64,000 nt of DNA from Octopus vulgaris. Lineage: Eukaryota. Shown here piece by piece: positions 1 to 13,209 of this stretch (position 1 is its first letter; each line of letters begins with the position of its first letter). The DNA is taken from positions 51,460,001-51,524,000 of the forward strand of contig OX597821.1 in NCBI GenBank assembly GCA_951406725.2, in the 5' to 3' direction. A model generated the notes under the pieces. That model did no database searches and was not told the DNA's origin. It was given only the letters and a program-made list of their open reading frames with translations. A program made the position numbers and the translations under genes.

Positions 1-1800
1 CAGCTAGTTGATTCCCGCCGACAGCTGTTTCCTCAAGAAGTCCGTTCATCTTGCGCACGAGTAGTCCTCTGTAGAAAGCTAACGTAGAGTATCTACCGAT
101 TGAATTGCCCAAACAGAGAGAGTTTTTTGAGACCCTGGTAACATTTCAGATATTAACTAGCCTTACTTGGTCTTCTCTTGGCACAAAACCAGATTTTCGT
201 TAGTGACGAGCTGTAGACCGAAGTATCTGACAAAAGTGATAGCATCTCAGTCAAAGGATCTCCATGTCGTAGTTTTTGTGTATATCTATACATAAACAGC
301 TATTCTGTTTCTCTATCTCAATACAAAGGTTTTTGACTGCAGATAAGCTGGGTGGGGCGATATACAATTCTATACATTTTCATTGCTTCTCTTCCGTGAT
401 GACGGGCTCAACCATTGCACCTTTTATTGTTATTTGATTCATTGAGGGATAGCTGTTGCTGATATTGTTCTCAGATGTTTGACTCTAAGAATCTGTGTTT
501 GTATTGTACTCAGATGTTTGACTCTAATAATCTGGTTCTTGTCTAGAAGAGAGTAGTGTTGACACCTTTTGACCTTTCATTTTGGATTTGCAACAGTTGT
601 TTTTGCTCATAATCTTTAAAGTTGCATTTGATCTTGTTATTGTTGTTGTGTTTGTTGCAATTGATAATGATGTGGGTGTAGTACTGAAATCAAGGAGACT
701 TTCACTTTTTCTTTTTTTTGCTAAAGGACAAAGTTATCTGGTGGTCTGTACTATCCTAAGCGTAGCACCTCGAGCGTCCAGTCATCTACCACAAATCACA
801 AGTTTCAAATCTTTGCCACGTTTTGTCGAGTGGTCAATGTTTGCACCGTATTTTTTTAACCATTTATTATCGGGAGTGGATTTCTTGCTGATAATTTTCC
901 CGTGTTCTTTTAGGTTCATACTAAAATATTATTTCAAATATGGTGCCGCATATGTGAAGCCTGTCTAAGTGTATGCTTTTCCATAGACGTCGACGGTAGT
1001 AAATATTCCTCAGGGAGGAACCATATATCTCCACTGAGATGTCTCCACATATATCTCCACTGAGATATGTGTGCTAACCATATATCTCCACTGAGATATA
1101 TGGTTAGCATATCTCTCTCACTTGCTTCCCTAACGTGTCATAGAAAGTCCTACACCTGCCGCGTGTATTTTCCTGCTTGTGCTGGAGTGATAGGTTTGGC
1201 CATTCCGGTAACAATCATATAAAACTAAATTTTAGAGTTCTTTGTTTAATATTTAATTTTTCTTCTGATGACATCCGGAAGTCCTCTTAGCCAATGTTTT
1301 GTTTTTCAAGTTTAAATCCTGCTTACATATTAAAGAGCGTTCTTTGAGCGTGTTAGTTAATGCTGCGGTGTAGTCTCGGTCGTTGTGTTTGTGGGCATGT
1401 CACAATGACGATGGTAACAAAAGTATTGTATTTGTTGGAGCCGCTGTTGTTGATAAAGGGAATTTTATCAACTGCCTCGATTCGATGTCGGTATTGGTGG
1501 TGGTGGCTTTGGTAGAGTTGGTTTTGAATGTGCTGATGTTTCCAAAAGTTAGTTATTGTTAAAAATTATCTTTTCTACTTTTTACGCTAGGTTTTCCTTG
1601 TCGTTAATAACTGTTTTCCGTCTATGCTCTGAAGATAGCTGTTTTCGTTGTAGGAATTGTTGTTGATGCTGTTATTAGCGGAGGAGGCTAATTGAGGTGT
1701 TGTTTTTTAGTATGTTTGTTGCAGTCCAACAGGCTTTTGCTCATTTGGCTTCCCTCGCTGCTCCAATACTCAAGAATAAATATTAGATCATTCTCACACA
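1..1800 (-). mobile_element. Degraded non-LTR retrotransposon ORF1 (gag-like) remnant, possibly Tx1/L1 type
   Basis: Minus strand near 725-795 reads, across a stop and frameshift, approximately GRSRCYA*DSTDHQIT.CP, a broken CX2CX4HX4C zinc knuckle followed by a low-complexity N/K/T-rich tail. Boundaries approximate. Confidence 0.4.
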
Positions 1801-2019
1801 AGGGGGAAACATCGGTTGCCATTTTCTGCTAAAACAAAACATATTACTTAAGGTAGTTTCTTAGTTTAAAAAGTTGAACGAAATAAAAGAACAACCAACC
1901 CCTAGAGATCTAGGTTGGCTCTACAACAAAATGAACAGAAATCAGCAAAGCAAATTCTTAAAATGGTGCAAAAAACTAATTATTTTTCTACATCATATCT
2001 CATCAGCTCAGTATGCATG

Positions 2020-2108
2020 ATGATAACAATAACAATAACAATAACAATAATAATAAAAATAATAATAATAATAATAACAACAATAAGAATAATAACAACA
2101 ACAACAAC

Positions 2109-2160
<52 letters not shown>

Positions 2161-2185
2161 GCAACAACAATGATGATAATAACAA
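2020..2185. repeat. (AAT)n/(AAC)n trinucleotide microsatellite
   Basis: Directly visible; explains the poly-N, poly-I and poly-L ORFs in the track. Confidence 0.97.
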
Positions 2186-2981
2186 GAGCAACCACAGTAG
2201 CCATGAGATAATATTGATGATAATAATTACTACTTGTATTTTTAGTTTTCAAGTAAAATATAAAAAAGGAAAATAATGAACTTTCATTCTATTAAAGAAA
2301 TGGAAAAAATTAAATGTTATAAAATTAGGAAAGGCCTTAAGAGAAGAAATAGCGTTGAAAAAATCTGAAATAATTATAGCAATCAATGGAGAAATTCAGC
2401 CGTTCTTAATTAATTTTCACTATTCAATTTATATTCTATTCCAGTTTACGCTATCCATTAGTCAACCGATTTCATATATTTTAAGAATGCGTTAGTTCTA
2501 AAAACCAGAGAATCGCGCGTACAAAATCCAGTTAGGATTTTAAGATACAATGTTTCACTTGGATGTTTACATATTTTTACCTGTAGGGTAGGTCTCGATT
2601 CTGTTTCGGTATCGATTCTTAGAAAATTAAAGAACACATTCTCATGGAGTCTCCTGAATTGTTCAATAAAGTAAGACAACAGTCTATATCTAGGTATCTG
2701 GTAGGATGAATGGCACCGATTACTGAAACTCGTATTTTCAGGCATTGAGGAGAAACAACAGAGAACGAAGAGGCGTAACGAAGTGACATAACCTGCAGCA
2801 AATGTCATCGTTATTTCTGAACGAAACCAGGCCTTGTAGCCCAGATGTCAGCTTGCTTCTTTATTTTCCTTAACCCTCATTTATATATATAGCTCAAATG
2901 TACAGAAAAACAAAAAAACGAAGTCAGGCTTATATACAACAAGCAGATGTAATAGTCTGATGCTCGGGAAGGTGAGGAAAT

Positions 2982-3017
2982 CTTTTACATTTCAAGCTCA
3001 CGCTCTTCAACAGAAAG
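2982..3017 (-). ncRNA. Degenerate minimal hammerhead-like motif in a probable PLE pseudo-LTR
   Basis: Minus strand CTTT-CTGTTGA-AGAGC-GTGA-GCTT-GAAATGTA-AAAG; stem I CTTT/AAAG; core mutated. Confidence 0.4.
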
Positions 3018-4279
3018 GTACATGAGGAAATAAACAGAGAGAGAATAAAAAGAACTTGTGAGTTAAGCGGTCAATCATGATGAATGGTTGGGAAAATGTA
3101 GTTGAACAGGGGAGCTAGGAAGAAGAGGAGATAATAAAGTACTGGTGATCCCAAAACGAAGGTGCGCGTGCATGTGTGTATTTAGATCATGTCAAACGTG
3201 TGTGTATTAGGATCAGGTCAAAATGTGATCTACCGAAACTATGATCAAAATTTTCCTAGCCGTGGCCATCACGTCGTTTTATTATTAACTGTACCTGGTT
3301 CTATCAATATAGACGATCTGAGTGAAATTGTACTTTTATTTCTAGCAGTTCGAGCAACTAAGGAAATGCACCTCCGTTCCATCCTGAATGTTGTTATAAG
3401 TAATATGTACGGTAAGCACATTGTCCTACATGTGACATCCGAAAGATATTGCACAGAAAATAACTTGTGTGATTTGTAATAGATTAAAGACTGTAGTAGT
3501 TGCTAGAAAAGAAACACAATCCGAATCATCTAATAGCCTTGACTAATTAAATAAAACGGAATTGCCAATAAAGACGCTCTATTTCCTCTAGATTTATATT
3601 ATACAATTTGCCGTCGATATATTAGCCAACTTTTAAAACTGTACTTCATCTAAAAGCAGAGGTAATTCTCCAGTTTCGTTTATTTCTTATTTCCTGACTG
3701 TCTTATGAGAAAGTAAAATAACTAAATGCTATCATTTTTTTTATCTTTACAAGATAATTTAGTCAGTGACATGTCTTCGCAATATAGGTTAAACGACGTT
3801 TATACACACTATATATTATATAAAAAAAAATACCCAGCATTATAGTCTGCCCTTTCCTCGATTATTACAAAGAGAAATATTCTGTACAATTAAATTAAGA
3901 ACGAATTATCTGCTCAGATTTTTCAAAGACATGTCGTATTAAATGTTATAATCACCGCTGAAAGAGAAAGAAAGCCATTAGATGGTAAATGTGAAAAACT
4001 GTTTTCAAAAACATGAAACTAGTTTTCAGAAACTGAGCGTAATATAAATATACATATATGTGTGTGTGTGTGAGTGTGTGTGTGCGCGCGCGTTCGAGCG
4101 TGTGTACTGGATGATCATAAATTATCTATACAATTTCCACGATTAAGTATACCTTTTGAATTTGAGTTCTATCAATGTATTACGTGCAACCAATTTATCC
4201 CAGGTAGAAGGAGTTATCCCGGGAGTTATCCGTATGTGTCATTATTTCCTGAAAATGTGAACATAATTTATGGAATCCA

Positions 4280-4315
<36 letters not shown>

Positions 4316-4481
4316 TGAAGTATATTTGCCACTTAAATGTGGCTAACCCGTAAGGGTGGATGCTACCGTAGCTTGTAGCCCTAGGAGGAGACATCCTCTA
4401 GCTGGCTATTGACACACTTTCTGTGACCTAGCAGTATTCACAAAGGGAAGCCATCCTTCCTTTCTTCAACATGACATGATA

Positions 4482-4526
4482 CATACGGACTCGAGTTTCT
4501 GGATATTGACCCGTAATCAGCGTGTG
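4482..4526 (-). ncRNA. Minimal type I hammerhead ribozyme, core G8 mutated
   Basis: Minus strand CACACG-CTGATTA-CGGG tcaata TCCA-GAA-ACTCGAGT-C-CGTATG; palindromic stem III ACTCGAGT, GUC site, stem I with one mismatch. Confidence 0.65.
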
Positions 4527-4725
4527 ACAATCACCGGTTGTCGATGAAAAGTGGTTCCCGATGCATATATATATCCTTTTTCCAGTGACGGAAAGTCACT
4601 GATCTCGGAAAAGTGTAAGCAAGCAATAATTAATCTCTGAACGGGGTATAAACAGTAGCTGTAGGTATAAACAGTATACTTCGCGATGTCGTGCAGCTAT
4701 TGTTTATATCTCGTTCAGAGATTTA

Positions 4726-4761
<36 letters not shown>

Positions 4762-4769
4762 ATATTCAC

Positions 4770-4920
4770 CATCATTGTTTCAACCTCTACTTTTCTGTGC
4801 TTGCATACTCAGACAGAATTAACTTGAAGTCGATTTGTTACGGCCGCACTTCCTTCCTCTCGCCAACCCACACCTGTTTCCAAGTAAGGTAACATTTCCC
4901 CATGATCAATCATGTTTACA
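4770..4920 (-). mobile_element. Degraded SINE or LINE 3' tail, probably RTE-related
   Basis: Resembles a recalled octopus repeat (..CGGCCG..CTTCCT..CGCCAACCC.CACCTGTTTCCAAG.AAGGTAA..TTTCCCCATG); not verified. Confidence 0.4.
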
Positions 4921-4980
4921 GTTGTCACGCGATATCAAGACAAGAACACACACGCGATATCAAGACAACACACACACGCG

Positions 4981-5031
<51 letters not shown>

Positions 5032-5071
5032 CTAGACGTGCGCGCGCACGCACACAGTCACACTCACCCAT

Positions 5072-5237
5072 ATATACAATAGGTTTGTTTCGATTTCTGT
5101 CTATCATATCCACTCACAAAGCTTTACTTGGGCACGGACCTTAGTAGGAGACACTTGGTCAAGCTGTCACGCAGTGGGTCTGAACATAGTGCCAAGTAGT
5201 TGGAAAGCAAACTTCTTACTAATCAGCCACGCCTGCA
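5072..5237 (-). mobile_element. tRNA-derived SINE, family A (CORE-like), 5' half
   Basis: Reverse complement gives a GTGGCTG head, a B-box-like GTTCAGACCC, and a body matching the other copies in the window. Confidence 0.85.
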
Positions 5238-5240
5238 CTT

Positions 5241-5277
5241 GATAGATAGAGAGAGAGAGGGAGAGATAGATAGATAA

Positions 5278-5337
<60 letters not shown>

Positions 5338-5369
5338 GTAGGTAGATAGATAGATAGATAGATAGTTAG

Positions 5370-5402
<33 letters not shown>

Positions 5403-5407
5403 TAGAG

Positions 5408-5487
<80 letters not shown>
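5241..5487. repeat. (GATA)n/(GA)n microsatellite
   Basis: Directly visible. Confidence 0.97.
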
Positions 5488-5491
5488 TGAC

Positions 5492-5653
5492 AGATGTAGG
5501 TGTGGCTGTGTGGTAAGAAGTTTGCTTTTCAACTACTTGGTACCAGGTTCAATCCCACTGCGTGGCACTGGGCAAGCATCTTCTAATATAACCTGATATC
5601 AATCAAAGTTTTGTTAGTGGATATGGTAGACGGAAATCGAAACAAACCAATTG
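5492..5653 (+). mobile_element. tRNA-derived SINE, family A, 5' half
   Basis: GTGGCTGTGTGGTAAGAAG (A box), GGTTCAATCCC (B box), CTGGGCAAG (CORE-like). Confidence 0.88.
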
Positions 5654-6047
5654 TGTGTGTGTATATGTGTGTGTGTCTGTGTGTGTAAACAAACTTTTTT
5701 ATTATTTTGTTTTGGAAGCGTAGAATGTGTATCGTATCATACAGACAAGAAAATAATATTTCGAACGCAATATAGCCGTGGAAACAGCTATAGTGGGTAT
5801 TTGGGTATTTTACCCTTATATGACAGAAAAAGTCAGCAGACATGCACTTGTGCGCACACGCGTGTGTGTGTGTGCGCGTGTGTATCAGAAATTTGAAATA
5901 TGTAGCAGTTCGTTGGTTGATGCTTTAGAATTCTTGCATGCAACCTCAATTTTGAGACGAGATAAAGCGTTAGTGTTGTTTAGATCCCAGTCAAACCATA
6001 TTGAGAAGAGACATGAGCAAGTGTGTTCCAATATTTTCTTAGATCCC

Positions 6048-6190
6048 AAGGCGGCGAGTTCAATTCCGCCGAGGTCGACTTTGCCTTTCATCCTTTCAGC
6101 GTCGATAAATTAAGTACCAGTTCCGTACTGGGGTCGATCAAATCGACTGTCCCCACCCCCACCGCTCCCCCAAATTTTAGTGTAGCAAAG
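6048..6190 (+). mobile_element. tRNA-derived SINE, family B, internally deleted
   Basis: AAGGCGGCGAG joined to TTCAATTCCGCCGAGGTCGACTTTGCCTTTCATCCTTTC..GTCGATAAATTAAGTACCAG. Confidence 0.85.
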
Positions 6191-6275
6191 GATATTTCCT
6201 AAAACCTGTAATTATGTTATCCCTCAATAACCGTTTCCATTTTCAAAAGTAGAACAATATTTCAGTGATATTTGT

Positions 6276-6483
6276 AAGGTGGCGAGTTTAGGAGAATCGT
6301 AGCACGCCGGGCTTAATGCTTAGCAGCATTTCGTCAGTCCTTATGTTCTGAGTTCAAAAACCGCTGAGAATGGCTTAGACTTTTATCCTTTCGGGGACAA
6401 TAAAATAAGTACCACTTCAGCAATGTAATCGATTTGCACCCCTTCCTCCGAAATCTCAGGCATTATATCAAAATTTGAAATCA
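6276..6483 (+). mobile_element. tRNA-derived SINE, family B, diverged
   Basis: AAGGTGGCGAG head, GAGTTCAAA B box, TTTTATCCTTTCGGGG..AAATAAGTACC central domain. Confidence 0.8.
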
Positions 6484-7597
6484 ATATCTAATCATATTCC
6501 ATCTGCTGGAAAGAGCAGCCGCATCTCAAACTAATTACATCCCATTCTCATTGTCGTAAAGAACATCTACATTGAGCATTTCAGTCTTAGATATCGCATA
6601 AAAACAAACAAAAAAATACAAAACAAAACAAATAAAAAAACAAAGCATAATCGCAGGCTGGTTATAGCTAGTCATAAATCCCCTCTTTTAGGACCGCAAA
6701 AAATAACAAGGTAGTTTTATAATAGCTGCGTGTGCAATTTTACGATTTGTAGAGTATCTCGATGAAGGTGAAACATACGTGTATAATAAAGTTTATGGTC
6801 ATTTGAAAAAGATAAAAATAAAGTAAAACAATGTGGACCCGAAGCTGCAGGAAGTGTTCACTCTCTTACTTCAGATGAATAGACTCTAGTCACATTCATC
6901 AGAACTATACGTATTCACATCAACAATTAACCACTTTGTGTCTAATATATTTTGCTTATATTATCTGTTCTCCATAACAATTTTACTTCAGATGTAATCA
7001 TTTATACACCAAGCATTTATAAATATAGAATAAAATCAAAGAGCATTGACACAGCATAGCTATTTAGGCTACTTATGCTACATATGCAGGAATCAACGTG
7101 ACTATTATTTATTGCACCAAGTCGACCCACAGAAAAAAAAATGTGAAATGATTATTTTTCTTTAACTTTTTTAAGACGTTACGCCATTTCCGAAAATACA
7201 TATATTGAAAATAAAAGTAACACATTTAGTAAATTTTGAATTCAGGCTTTGTATATTAAATTACAGCACCACTTACAACATTTGACATTTATAATTTGAA
7301 ATGTTATTATTTTGTTTGTTTTGCTGTTTGATGTGTTAATCGACATCAAACTACGCAAAGGAAACATGAAACTTAAACTTTCATCTGAAACAACTTTTCT
7401 TTGTCTTGTGTCTAGTGTTCAGGTTGAATTTATCACTAGAATGCTCTCTCAGTTTCATTTTAAATGAAGTTACTATTCATGCATACAAACTTATATAATA
7501 CACAGGAATACATACAAACACATACCCTATACATGTATACATACCCCCCACACGTATATACACGCAAACACACTCAAACACATAGGTATACACATTC

Positions 7598-7656
<59 letters not shown>

Positions 7657-8612
7657 CTTCCATGTATGCGTATATGTACGTATCTATGTAAATCATTTAA
7701 ATAAATAACTCGTAGCTAATCTCAGTATAGTTCTTTGTGCATAAACAGAAGAAAAGATCAAATTTACAGTAATTCTACATGAAATGTATGGACACAGCTA
7801 AAATGAAGAAACACGACAATTTAAAATAAAGTGATATATTAAAAGAACTTATTTTGAATAGTACCCAGTGTTTGTCACATACCTAATATCGCAGAAATGG
7901 TTAGTGTTCTAATGACGTCATCAGTGTGTACAGTATGTTATGTGCGGCTTTTTTGCTGGGCCCTGTCTTTCATTGAGCACTCTTTAGAAATTAGTTTTCA
8001 CAAGGATGTATATTTATCATGTGGTTTAACATTTCGTTTCAAATTTTGGCACAAGTCAGCCATTTCGGGGAGTGGGTTAGTCGATTCCATTGACCCTAGT
8101 GTTCAACTGGTACTCATTTTCGACCCTTAAATGATGAAAGTCTAAGTCTCCCTCGGTGAAATATTTAACATACATACAGGCGCAGACATGGCTGTGTGGT
8201 AACAAGATTGCTTCCGGTTCCGGTAGTTCAGTTATCTTCATTGTACCATCGAAGTCGTTACGCTGGTTTCCAGCGGACAAAACTGTTACTGAAAGAGGCT
8301 CTACTGTAAGATAAGACTTTTTGCTTTTTGGGTCCAGTGGGATTCGTTGTTTGTATTATTTATTTTTTGTACAAGCAAGGAGCCCTCACTGGATTCTGAG
8401 CTTTCGTCTGCCTACAGGAGTGCATTTTTTTTTCTCACTTAATTGTGAGAAACTTTGTTCCAGTTGAAAGCCGAGAGTACCATGTGGCCAAAAGTTTGGG
8501 GACAAACACAGAGACATGAACACACACACACACAGGCACGCACCCCCCCCACACACACACAGGCACGCACCCCCCCACACACACACATATATATATATAC
8601 ATACACACACAC

Positions 8613-8682
<70 letters not shown>

Positions 8683-8683
<1 letters not shown>

Positions 8684-8833
8684 CGACGGGCGTCTTTCAG
8701 TTTCCGTCTATCAATTCCACTCACAAGGCTTTCGGATCGGCCCGAGGCTATAGTAGAAGATACCTCCCCAAGTGGTCACGCAGTGGGAGTGAACCCCGAA
8801 CCATGTGGTTGGTAAGCAAGCTACTTACCACAA
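8683..8833 (-). mobile_element. tRNA-derived SINE, family A
   Basis: Reverse complement: GTGGTAAGTAGCTTGCTTACCAACCACATGGTTCGGGGTTCACTCCCACTGCGTGACCACTTGGGG.. Confidence 0.9.
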
Positions 8834-9938
8834 ATTGAAATGAATATAATTAAATAGAAACTGAGTGAATAATACAATTATACATAAGAATAATTCTTAA
8901 AGTTAAATACACTTTCGTTGATTTTAAATAGATTTATTTAAAGAATTAAACAACAGGTATATGCTACCTAAGAATCGTGCGTATACACTATTCAATAAAT
9001 TGATGAATAATGGAGGAATCCAACTATCAATTAGTATCTCGAAATAAATTATACTTCTAATAAGAGGCGAAGATGGTTTTTGTCTATTCATACGGTTAAA
9101 AAATGTCTATCTATAGTTATTGAATTTAAATGAATTTAATCTAAATAAACACTGTATAAACAATACGATAACTAAATTTCTAAAGTTAAATATACTTTCT
9201 TTGTAATGAAAAAAATTTAGGTAAAAATAAAAACTGTGTACATAGTAAATATAAATCATACATCTATACCATTAATTAAATAGACAATATAAGTAAAAAC
9301 CCAAACTATCAAGTTATATATCTAAATAAATAATGTATATTAGTAACAGATAATATAACTTTTTACTATAAGAATAAACAAAAATTATAAATATGTAAAA
9401 GGTAGCAAATAAGTACATACCTAAATTTATATCTTTACCAATAGATAACAACAATTAAATAGATAGTACAAGTGGTAAAAGGGGTCTATAAAGCTATATA
9501 TTTAACGAAGAGATAATGATAAATGACCAGCTTGTAAAAAGTTAGTTTACACCAATAAAAAGGGTTGATAGTAACATGATCTAGTTCTTCTGAACTATGC
9601 CTGTCTAATAGTGTCAAAATCAGCCTCTCGCTGTTTTAGAACGGAATTCAAGATGTACAGAACACAGTTCAATTGAAATCACCTCTCCATCCGTTAGGAT
9701 ATATAAAATAACGACCAAGTTTTGCTTCGATAAACTCATGCATGGATGAAAATTTTTGATTTCTCAAATTTAAAGTGCAATTTAATTGTATAAATATCGA
9801 TTTAAGTCTTTAAAACTGAAACGCGTGTAGGAAACACCAATTGTCTATTATGATAAATATATTGATTATTCTTAGTAAACATTCTCCTTTTTGTTTGCAC
9901 TATACACACACACACGCACATATATATATATATATATA

Positions 9939-10017
9939 TACTACAAAATTAGAGAATGGAGAAACATACTTAAATCAGTTGATTTAAGTATGTTTCTCCA
10001 TTCTCTATTTTGTAGTA
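9939..10017. repeat. Near-perfect 79-bp palindrome
   Basis: TACTACAAAATTAGAGAATGGAGAAACATACTTAAATCA-GT-TGATTTAAGTATGTTTCTCCATTCTCTATTTTGTAGTA; one-base bulge only. Confidence 0.95.
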
Positions 10018-10938
10018 CTAATTTACGTAATATATATATATAGATGAACTATTGTTTGATTTTTATCTATATATTTTGTTGGGTATATATATATTGGATA
10101 TATATTATCCCATGGTGGGTTGAATTTTCACATCTCAATATAATATATATATCATATATATATATATATAAATAATATATATATATATATAAACGTAGAT
10201 GCGTATATGAGTGGTTAGGTGTATATGACATTGAAGAATAATCGATTTGTTTTCTTCGCATCAAATCGACAAATGCAATTTTAAAATGCTGGCATGACGC
10301 TTTTCAAAAATGTGACGGAGGATTTGTTGCCATAGAAATTTCACCTTAATACACTGAAAAAAAAAATCGATGGGAACTTAAAAGCTTCATTAGAATTATA
10401 TTGGTGGCATGTGGTAGAGACCAATACAATGACGTAAAGGAATACGATTGATGCAGCGGTCATCTGTTAACGATTGAGAGAACCATTAATACACGTGCAT
10501 GCAGATGCGACTGTGAGATAAGATAGCAGCTAACTACTCCCTCCATACAGACATCCATGCACACACAGACGCATATGTGTGGATGTGTGTGCGCACACGT
10601 TGCCTACTGGTTAGGGTGTTCCATTCCCGGACCGGATGTAGGTGGTGCGTTGTATTCTTAAGCAAGGTGTTTCATCTGATATTGCCTTTCTATATCACCA
10701 ATACAGGCAATGTAGTCTCGATGGAGGGTGTGAGCTAATGTACAATATACACAGACACACTCACACACACATACAAACACAAACATATATATATACATAT
10801 GTGCATGTTTGTGTATATATATTTATGAGTGTATTATACTCACACACAAACATGTATATATATATATATATAGATAGATAGGTAGACAGAAAGACAGACA
10901 GAAAGACAGACAGACAAATAGCTAGCTAGCTAGCTAGC

Positions 10939-11020
<82 letters not shown>

Positions 11021-11082
11021 TTGTGTATTATACCGTCAGTGTAGACAAATGAATATGTAACAGTCGGTATTAAAGTCAGTAG

Positions 11083-11277
11083 AAGGCGAAGAGCTGGCAG
11101 AATCGTTACCACTCCAGGCGAAATGCTTAACGGCCACGTGCTACTTTTTGAGTTCAAATTCTGCCGAAGTTGACTTCACTTTTCTTTTTTCGGGGTTGAT
11201 AAAATAAGTACCAATGTAATACTAGGGTCGACTAGCCCCTACCCCCAAATTTCAAACCTTGTGCCTATAGTAGAAAA
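11083..11277 (+). mobile_element. tRNA-derived SINE, family B
   Basis: AAGGCGAAGAGCTGGCAGAATCGTTA head, GAGTTCAAATTC B box, CGGGGTTGATAAAATAAGTACC domain. Confidence 0.85.
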
Positions 11278-13125
11278 CAATACTATAGCTGCAAGACTCT
11301 TGTTCTCTCTTGTTGAAGGTTTGTGTAAAATCATTCACACTTTTCGGAAATATTGGCAGCATAAAGTTGATGCAAATCTTTGTCACAAACACAATGAACA
11401 ACAAACCTTAGTCTTTTCTGCTCTACTTCTTCATCTCCTGGGTTACTTGAGATCGATGCAGTTTTGAGTGCAACCTACCCTCTTAGCCTAAATGCATACC
11501 TGGGCACCAAACCACAAATTTCCATGTCCTTGAGCATACATAAACACATACATACATACAAATACGGGGCGCTGATATATGTAACACAGTGCCTATGTAC
11601 CAATCTTGAGAAACTAAGCTTCTCAAATCCAGAAAAGAGAGCTAATTCGAAGACTACAAATCTGAGTCATTACTGGAACTGTAAAAATTTGCAAAACATT
11701 CCAGAAGTTTATTATTTAAGTACATATGCGCTTGTTGTGACATGCAGCCTAATACACGAGAAAACATAAAACAAAATACACAAATCCGCACATGCACTGG
11801 CTCCAAATATTGCAGATATACATAAATACTTGCAAAAATATTCTGTTGAATTTGAAATTACAACGAAAGAGCCTTGCGTATACGTTACAAACCAGCTCTT
11901 TCACTATTGCCAGCAAATCTTGGAATAAACTGAATGATAACATACATACACAGTTACAACTCGTCGTCGTAACCGGAATGTCAGTACGTTTATATGACTT
12001 CGAGGTAACGGAGTGTCGGTACGTTGAAATGACTTCGATGTTTCGTTGTGATATCGGTTATCTATATTTTGAATATACAACAAACTTGCGAAAATATAAG
12101 CTTACTGTGAATATACAATTTGCTTTGCTCATTTACTGAATCACTTATTCCATTAAGGACCTTTTGTTAACTATTTGCATCTATCTATCTATCTGTCTGT
12201 CTGTCTATCTATCTATCAATCTGTCTAATATATCTAGCTCTTTGCATGTGCGTGTATGTATGTATATGAGATACGAAAGAAAATTCAAAATTTGTTGAAT
12301 AAAAAATTGTTACCGAAAAATATTTGTTCATGAATGAGAACGTAACACACAGATTCCAAGCAATATATGTTCCCTGTAGTTTTATTATTTTTGAAACATT
12401 TAAAAGTTACTTCGCCGCCTTCATGAAAAAGGGGAGGCTTCATATGTGCTTAAATTGTTTCTAAAAAATGAACGTCATCAGACCATTTTTGCCTGAAACT
12501 AGTCGACTCATATTAGCTGTATTACTTTCCCACACAAGTAATTGAATTCACCTATTATTGCTGTATTGGCATTTTTCTCCGTCTTTGGATCTTATTGCTA
12601 TTTTGATAAAATTTACTTTTTGTCAATGACTATGCTTTTCTATCTTTGTTGCATAGATTAAACATTTGGCAAAAGTAAAAAAAAAGACTCAATAGTAATT
12701 ATTTCCTGGTCTGTAATAAGCATTTTTTTTGTTTTGTTTTGTTTGTTTGTTTTGTTTTGTTTTTTTGTATAGAAAAGAAAAAGAGTTGGGAGAGTGCGAT
12801 CGCAGGTATAACATTCGTAATTAATTGAAGCTGGAAAAGTATAGAAGAAATGGAAGCTTAAAAATACTGCGTTTGAAGTTTAATTGAAAGGAAAAAAAAA
12901 ACAATATGAAGTTATATGCTAGTTATCAACAGACCAACCTATGCCCACAAGAAAACACTAGATATATATGTACGTAATTTAAAGCCTATATATCTATCTG
13001 CCTGTTTCTCTATATGTACATGCACACATGCACACACACACGCACACACATATGAGTGAGTAGAGAAACGACAGAAAAGGGTACTCACCACATTTAGTAG
13101 GAGTTACGTTTTATTTGAAACAATT

Positions 13126-13205
13126 TGATTCCGTTTCCGTGTTACTCCAAGTTTCGCACGAGCCTAACGCAGATCGTTTCTTTCAGGCTTCTGGAATGAC
13201 CGAAT
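13126..13205 (-). ncRNA. Hammerhead-like unit, minus polarity, left arm of inverted pair
   Basis: Minus strand ATTCGGTCATTCCAGAAGC-CTGAAAGA-AACGATCT gcgtt AGGCTCGTGC-GAA-ACT tgg AGT-A-ACACGGAAACGGAAT; distal stem I TTCC/GGAA and ATTC/GAAT. Confidence 0.5.
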
Positions 13206-13209
13206 TCCA

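Noticed and set aside
16-56. Minus-strand GAAACAGCTGTC resembling a hammerhead half
   Set aside because: Core reads AAGATGA and stem II does not pair; lies in a probable LINE remnant.
582-968. 128-aa hydrophobic plus-strand ORF
   Set aside because: TTG start; antisense shadow of the A-rich minus-strand retroelement remnant.
1965-2010. Minus-strand CTGATGA followed by GAAAA
   Set aside because: No stem II or stem III pairing.
1915-2276. Overlapping poly-I, poly-L and poly-N ORFs
   Set aside because: Translations of an (AAT/AAC)n microsatellite. The same applies to the many YI, HT, CV and YLSI ORFs across the window.
11968-12040. Two diverged 36-bp direct repeats (CRISPR-like at a glance)
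   Set aside because: Only two adjacent units with no spacers or cas genes in eukaryotic DNA; a simple tandem duplication.
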